NCBI RefSeq assembly: GCF_009914755.1
Contig: NC_060928.1
DNA from: the human T2T-CHM13v2.0 reference genome, Homo sapiens
Length of the DNA stretch: 64,000 nucleotides
Strand: one strand, 5' to 3'
Part shown: positions 60,333-64,000 of the stretch, one piece after another
Layout of the letters: each line of letters starts with the position of its first letter
Numbering within the stretch: position 1 is the first letter of the stretch
The notes under the pieces: generated by a model
The model's database searches: none
What the model saw: only the letters and a program-made list of their open reading frames with translations
What the model was told of the DNA's origin: nothing
Translations under genes and position numbers: made by a program

Positions 60333-60865
60333 AGCTCCAGCCTGGGATGAATTCATCCATTCTGGCTTTGCATCCGGCTACCATTTTCGAAGTTCAACTC
60401 AGGAAGGTGCAATATAACAAATGTGCATATTATAATGAGGAATGGTACTACCGTTCCAGATTTTCTGTAATTGCTTCTGCAAAGTAATAGGCTTCTTGTC
60501 CCTTTTTTTTCTGGCATGTTATGGAATGATCATTGTAAATCAGGACCATTTATCAAGCAGTACACCAACTCATAAGATCAAATTTCATTGAATGGTTTGA
60601 GGTTGTAGCTCTATAAATAGTAGTTTTTAACATGCCTGTAGTATTGCTAACTGCAAAAACATACTCTTTGTACAAGAAGTGCTTCTAAGAATTTCATTGA
60701 CATTAATGACACTGTATACAATAAATGTGTAGTTTCTTAATCGCACTACCTATGCAACACTGTGTATTAGGTTTATCATCCTCATGTATTTTTATGTGAC
60801 CTGTATGTATATTCTAATCTACGAGTTTTATCACAAATAAAAATGCAATCCTTCAAATGTGTTAT
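60333..60865 (+). terminator. IBSP: IBSP 3'UTR with polyadenylation signals
   Basis: AATAAA at 60720-60725 and 60836-60841; exact cleavage site inferred. Confidence 0.75.
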
Positions 60866-61073
60866 AATTAAGAAGAGAAGTGAGAGATTCATAATGGAAA
60901 AGGTGAAACAAATGGAAGACAATTTCACTAAAGGAGAAAAGCTTATTTCCACTATAGTTTAAAACTAAGAGGCACTGTAAACATTTTCTTTTGGCTAAAT
61001 CAACATAACTAAGACTTTGCCATGCTTGTGGGCAGGGTTAGCCATACACGTCAGGGGAATGAATGGCTCTTAC

Positions 61074-61595
61074 TAGAGTTACCAGATATAACAAATATAT
61101 AGGATGCCTATTAAATTTGAATTTCAGATAAACAATGAATAATTTTTAGTATAAGTATACCCCATGCAATATTTGGCCTTTGTGAAATATTTTGGACATA
61201 CTTATACTAAATAAATGATTCACTACCTATCTAATACTCAACTTTATTATATATTTATGTTTTGAGACAGAGTCTCACTCTATCACCCAGGCTGGAGTGC
61301 AGTGGCGCCATCTCGGCTCACTACAACCTCTGCCTCCTGGGTTCAAGCCATTCTCCTACCTAAGCCTCCCGAGTACCTAGGATTACAGGCACACACCACC
61401 ACACCTGGCTAAATTTTTGTATTTTGAGTAGAGACAGGGTTTCACCATGTTGGCCAGGCGGCTGGTCTTGAACTCCTGACCTCAAGTAATCCATCCACCT
61501 CGGCCTCCCAAAGTGCTAGGATTACAGGTGTGAGGCACCACTCCCGGCCCTGATACTCAACTTTAACTGAGTGCTTCGTTTATCTGGCAATCCTA
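61074..61595. mobile_element. MER53-like palindromic hAT MITE split by an Alu
   Basis: Ends 'tagagttaccagata' and 'tatctggcaatccta' are inverted repeats; inner arms 'ttagtataagtat' and 'atacttatactaa'. Confidence 0.8.
61247..61549 (-). mobile_element. AluS
   Basis: Antisense Alu; TSD ct(a/g)atactcaacttta at 61231-61246 and 61550-61565. Confidence 0.92.
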
Positions 61596-62039
61596 CTTCT
61601 ACTTGGCTTAATTTTAGCTGGACAAGGGGTGGAATGAGGTAGAAAAAAACTCTTACACAACACATACGCACAAAGGAGGGCTGATATACAAAGACTTAAC
61701 AGCAAGTCACACCTTAATATAAACCTGAAAGCCATTTAAAATGGGAGTAAAGAAGGAAAGTAGATAGAAAGAGCAAAAAGAACAAAAATGCATTCATCTT
61801 TTATTAATTGATAAGATGTACTGAACATCTACAGAGCCAGACAATGTTCACACATTGAGCATATGAAAATGAAGAATACTGTGTTTGGGGTAATTTTAGT
61901 CTGTTAGTTACCAGTTATGAGACTGTCCATGCATCATAACATTCATTTTTTCAAACTTTTTGTCTTATTATATCTTTATTCCAAAATTCGTTTCTCAAAT
62001 ATTCAAACCACAAATTTAAAAAATTTGGTTTTAAATAAA

Positions 62040-62391
62040 TATATATTTTTTCCCATAAGTTATTAGGGTACAGGTGGTATTCGGTTACATGAGTAAGTTC
62101 TTTAGTGGTGATTTGTGAGATTTTGGTGTACCCATCACCCGAGCACTATACACTGCACCTCGTTTGTAGTCTTTCCCTCACCCCTTCTCACTCTTCCCCC
62201 CAAGTCCCCAAAGTCCACTGTATCATTCTTATGCCTTTGCATCCTCATAGCTTAGCTCCCACATATCAGTGAGAACATACGATATTTGGTTTTCCAATCC
62301 TGAGTTATTCCACTTAGAATAATAGTCTCCAATCTCATCCAGGTCACTGCAAATGCTGTTAATTCATTCCTTTTTATGGCTGCATAGTATT

Positions 62392-62458
<67 letters not shown>

Positions 62459-64000
62459 CACAGTTTCTTTATCCACTCATTGATTGATGGACACTTGGGT
62501 TGGTTCCACGATTTTGCAATTGTGAATTGTGCTGCTATAAATATACATGTGTTCAAATATGCAATAAATATACATGTGTTCAAATAATGACTTCTTTTCC
62601 TCTGGGTAGATATCCAGTGGTGGGATTGCTGGATCAAATGGTAGCTCTACTTTCAGTTCTTTAAGGAATCTCTACACTGTTTTCCATAGTGGCTGTAGTA
62701 GTTTACATTCCCACCAGCAGTGTAGAAGCATTCCATGTTCACCACATACATGCCAACATCTACTGTTTTTTTTGATTTTTTTGATTTGGGCATTCTTGCA
62801 GGAGTAAGGTAGTACAGCATTGCAGTTTTGATTTGCATTTCCCTGATCATTAATGATGTTAAGCATTTTTTCATGGTTTTTAGCCATTTGTACATCTTCT
62901 TTTGAGAATTGTCTATTCATATCCTTAGCTCACTTTTTGATGGGATTGTTTTTTTCTTACTGATTTGTTTGAATTCGTTGTAGATTCTGGATATTAGTCC
63001 TTTGTCAGATGTATAGATTGTGAAGATTTTCTCCCACTTCATGGCTTATCTGTTTACTCTGCTGACTGTTCTTTTTGTCATGCAAAAGCTCTTTAGTTTA
63101 ATTAGGTCCCAGCTATTTATCTTTGTTTTTATTGAATTTGCTTTTGGGTTCTTGATCATGAAATCCTTGCCTAAGCCAATGTCTAAAAGAGTTTTTCCAA
63201 TGTTATCTTCTAGAATTTTTATAGTTTCACGTCTTAGATTTAAGTCCTTAATCCATCTTGAGTTGATTTTTGTATAAGGTGAGAGATGAGGATCTAGTAT
63301 CATTCTCCTACATAGGGCTTGCCAATTATCCCAGGACCATTTGTTGAAAAGGGTGCCCTATCCCCACTTTATGTTTTTGTTTTCTTTGTCAAAGATCAAT
63401 TGGCTGTAAGTATTTGGTTTATTTCTGGGTTCTCTATTCTGTTCTATTGGTCTATGTGCCTATTTTTATATTGGTACCATGCTGTTTTGGTAATTATGGC
63501 CTTATAGCATAGTTTGAAATCAGGTAGTGTGATGCTTCCAGATTTGATCTTTTTGCTTAGTCTTGCTTTGACTATGTGAGCTCTTTTTTGGTTCCATATG
63601 AATATTAGAATTGTTTTTTCTAATTCTGTGAAGAATGATGGTGGTTTTTTGATGGGGATTGCATTGAATTTGTAGATTGCTTTTGGCAATATGTTCATTT
63701 TCACAATATTGATTCTACCCATCCATGAGCATGGGATGTGTCCTATTTATATGTGTCGTCTATGATTTCTTTCAGCAGTGTTCTGTAGTTTTCCTTATAG
63801 AGGTCTTTCCACTCCTTTGTTAAGTATATTCCTAAGTTGTTTGTTTTTTTTGTTTTGTTTTGTTTTTTTTAGCTATTGTGAAAGGGGTTGAGTTCTTGAT
63901 TTGATTCTCTGCTTGATCACTGTTGGTATATAGAAGAGCTACTGATTTGTGTACATTAATCTTGTAGGCAGAAACTTTGCTGAATTCTTTTATGAGTTCT
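62040..64000 (-). mobile_element. L1PB-type LINE-1 3' portion, continuing beyond the window
   Basis: L1PB 3' end 'ggttacatgagtaagttctttagtggtgatttgtgagattttggtg'; ORF2 fragments on the minus strand. Confidence 0.88.
62397..62453. repeat. Perfect (AT)n, ~28 units, inside the L1PB
   Basis: Read directly from sequence. Confidence 0.97.

Noticed and set aside
59750-60417. Overlapping antisense and alternative-frame ORFs over exon 7, and the ORF-track start at 59883
   Set aside because: They are by-products of GAA/GAG-rich coding sequence lacking stops in other frames; 59883 is an internal GTG (Val) codon of the spliced CDS.

Overview
Primate (almost certainly human) genomic DNA from the SIBLING/SCPP cluster. 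It contains the complete 7-exon bone sialoprotein gene IBSP (+ strand, ~47983-60865; spliced CDS 954 nt = 317 aa, all coding introns phase 0, RGD motif) and ~48 kb of repeat-rich upstream DNA. The upstream DNA holds a CHCHD2 processed pseudogene, a full-length dead L1PA3-type element, several truncated L1s, a THE1/MST MaLR provirus, Alus, L2/MIR and DNA-transposon relics. I see no new protein-coding system: almost all listed ORFs are repeat-derived or antisense artefacts. The best signals concern genome dynamics: (1) two inverted L1 copies ~17-20 kb apart share private mutations, and a third shares a short patch, suggesting local gene conversion; (2) the MaLR provirus shows a strand-specific GA>AA excess like APOBEC3 hypermutation and lost ~0.4-0.5 kb at an L1 insertion; (3) an extended L1 ORF0 runs out of the element; (4) an L1PA2-type insertion sits ~1 kb upstream of the IBSP promoter; (5) a RUNX motif cluster and an exact 27-bp intronic repeat are candidate regulatory features. 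Repeat subfamily calls and consensus comparisons are from memory and need Dfam/RepeatMasker confirmation.
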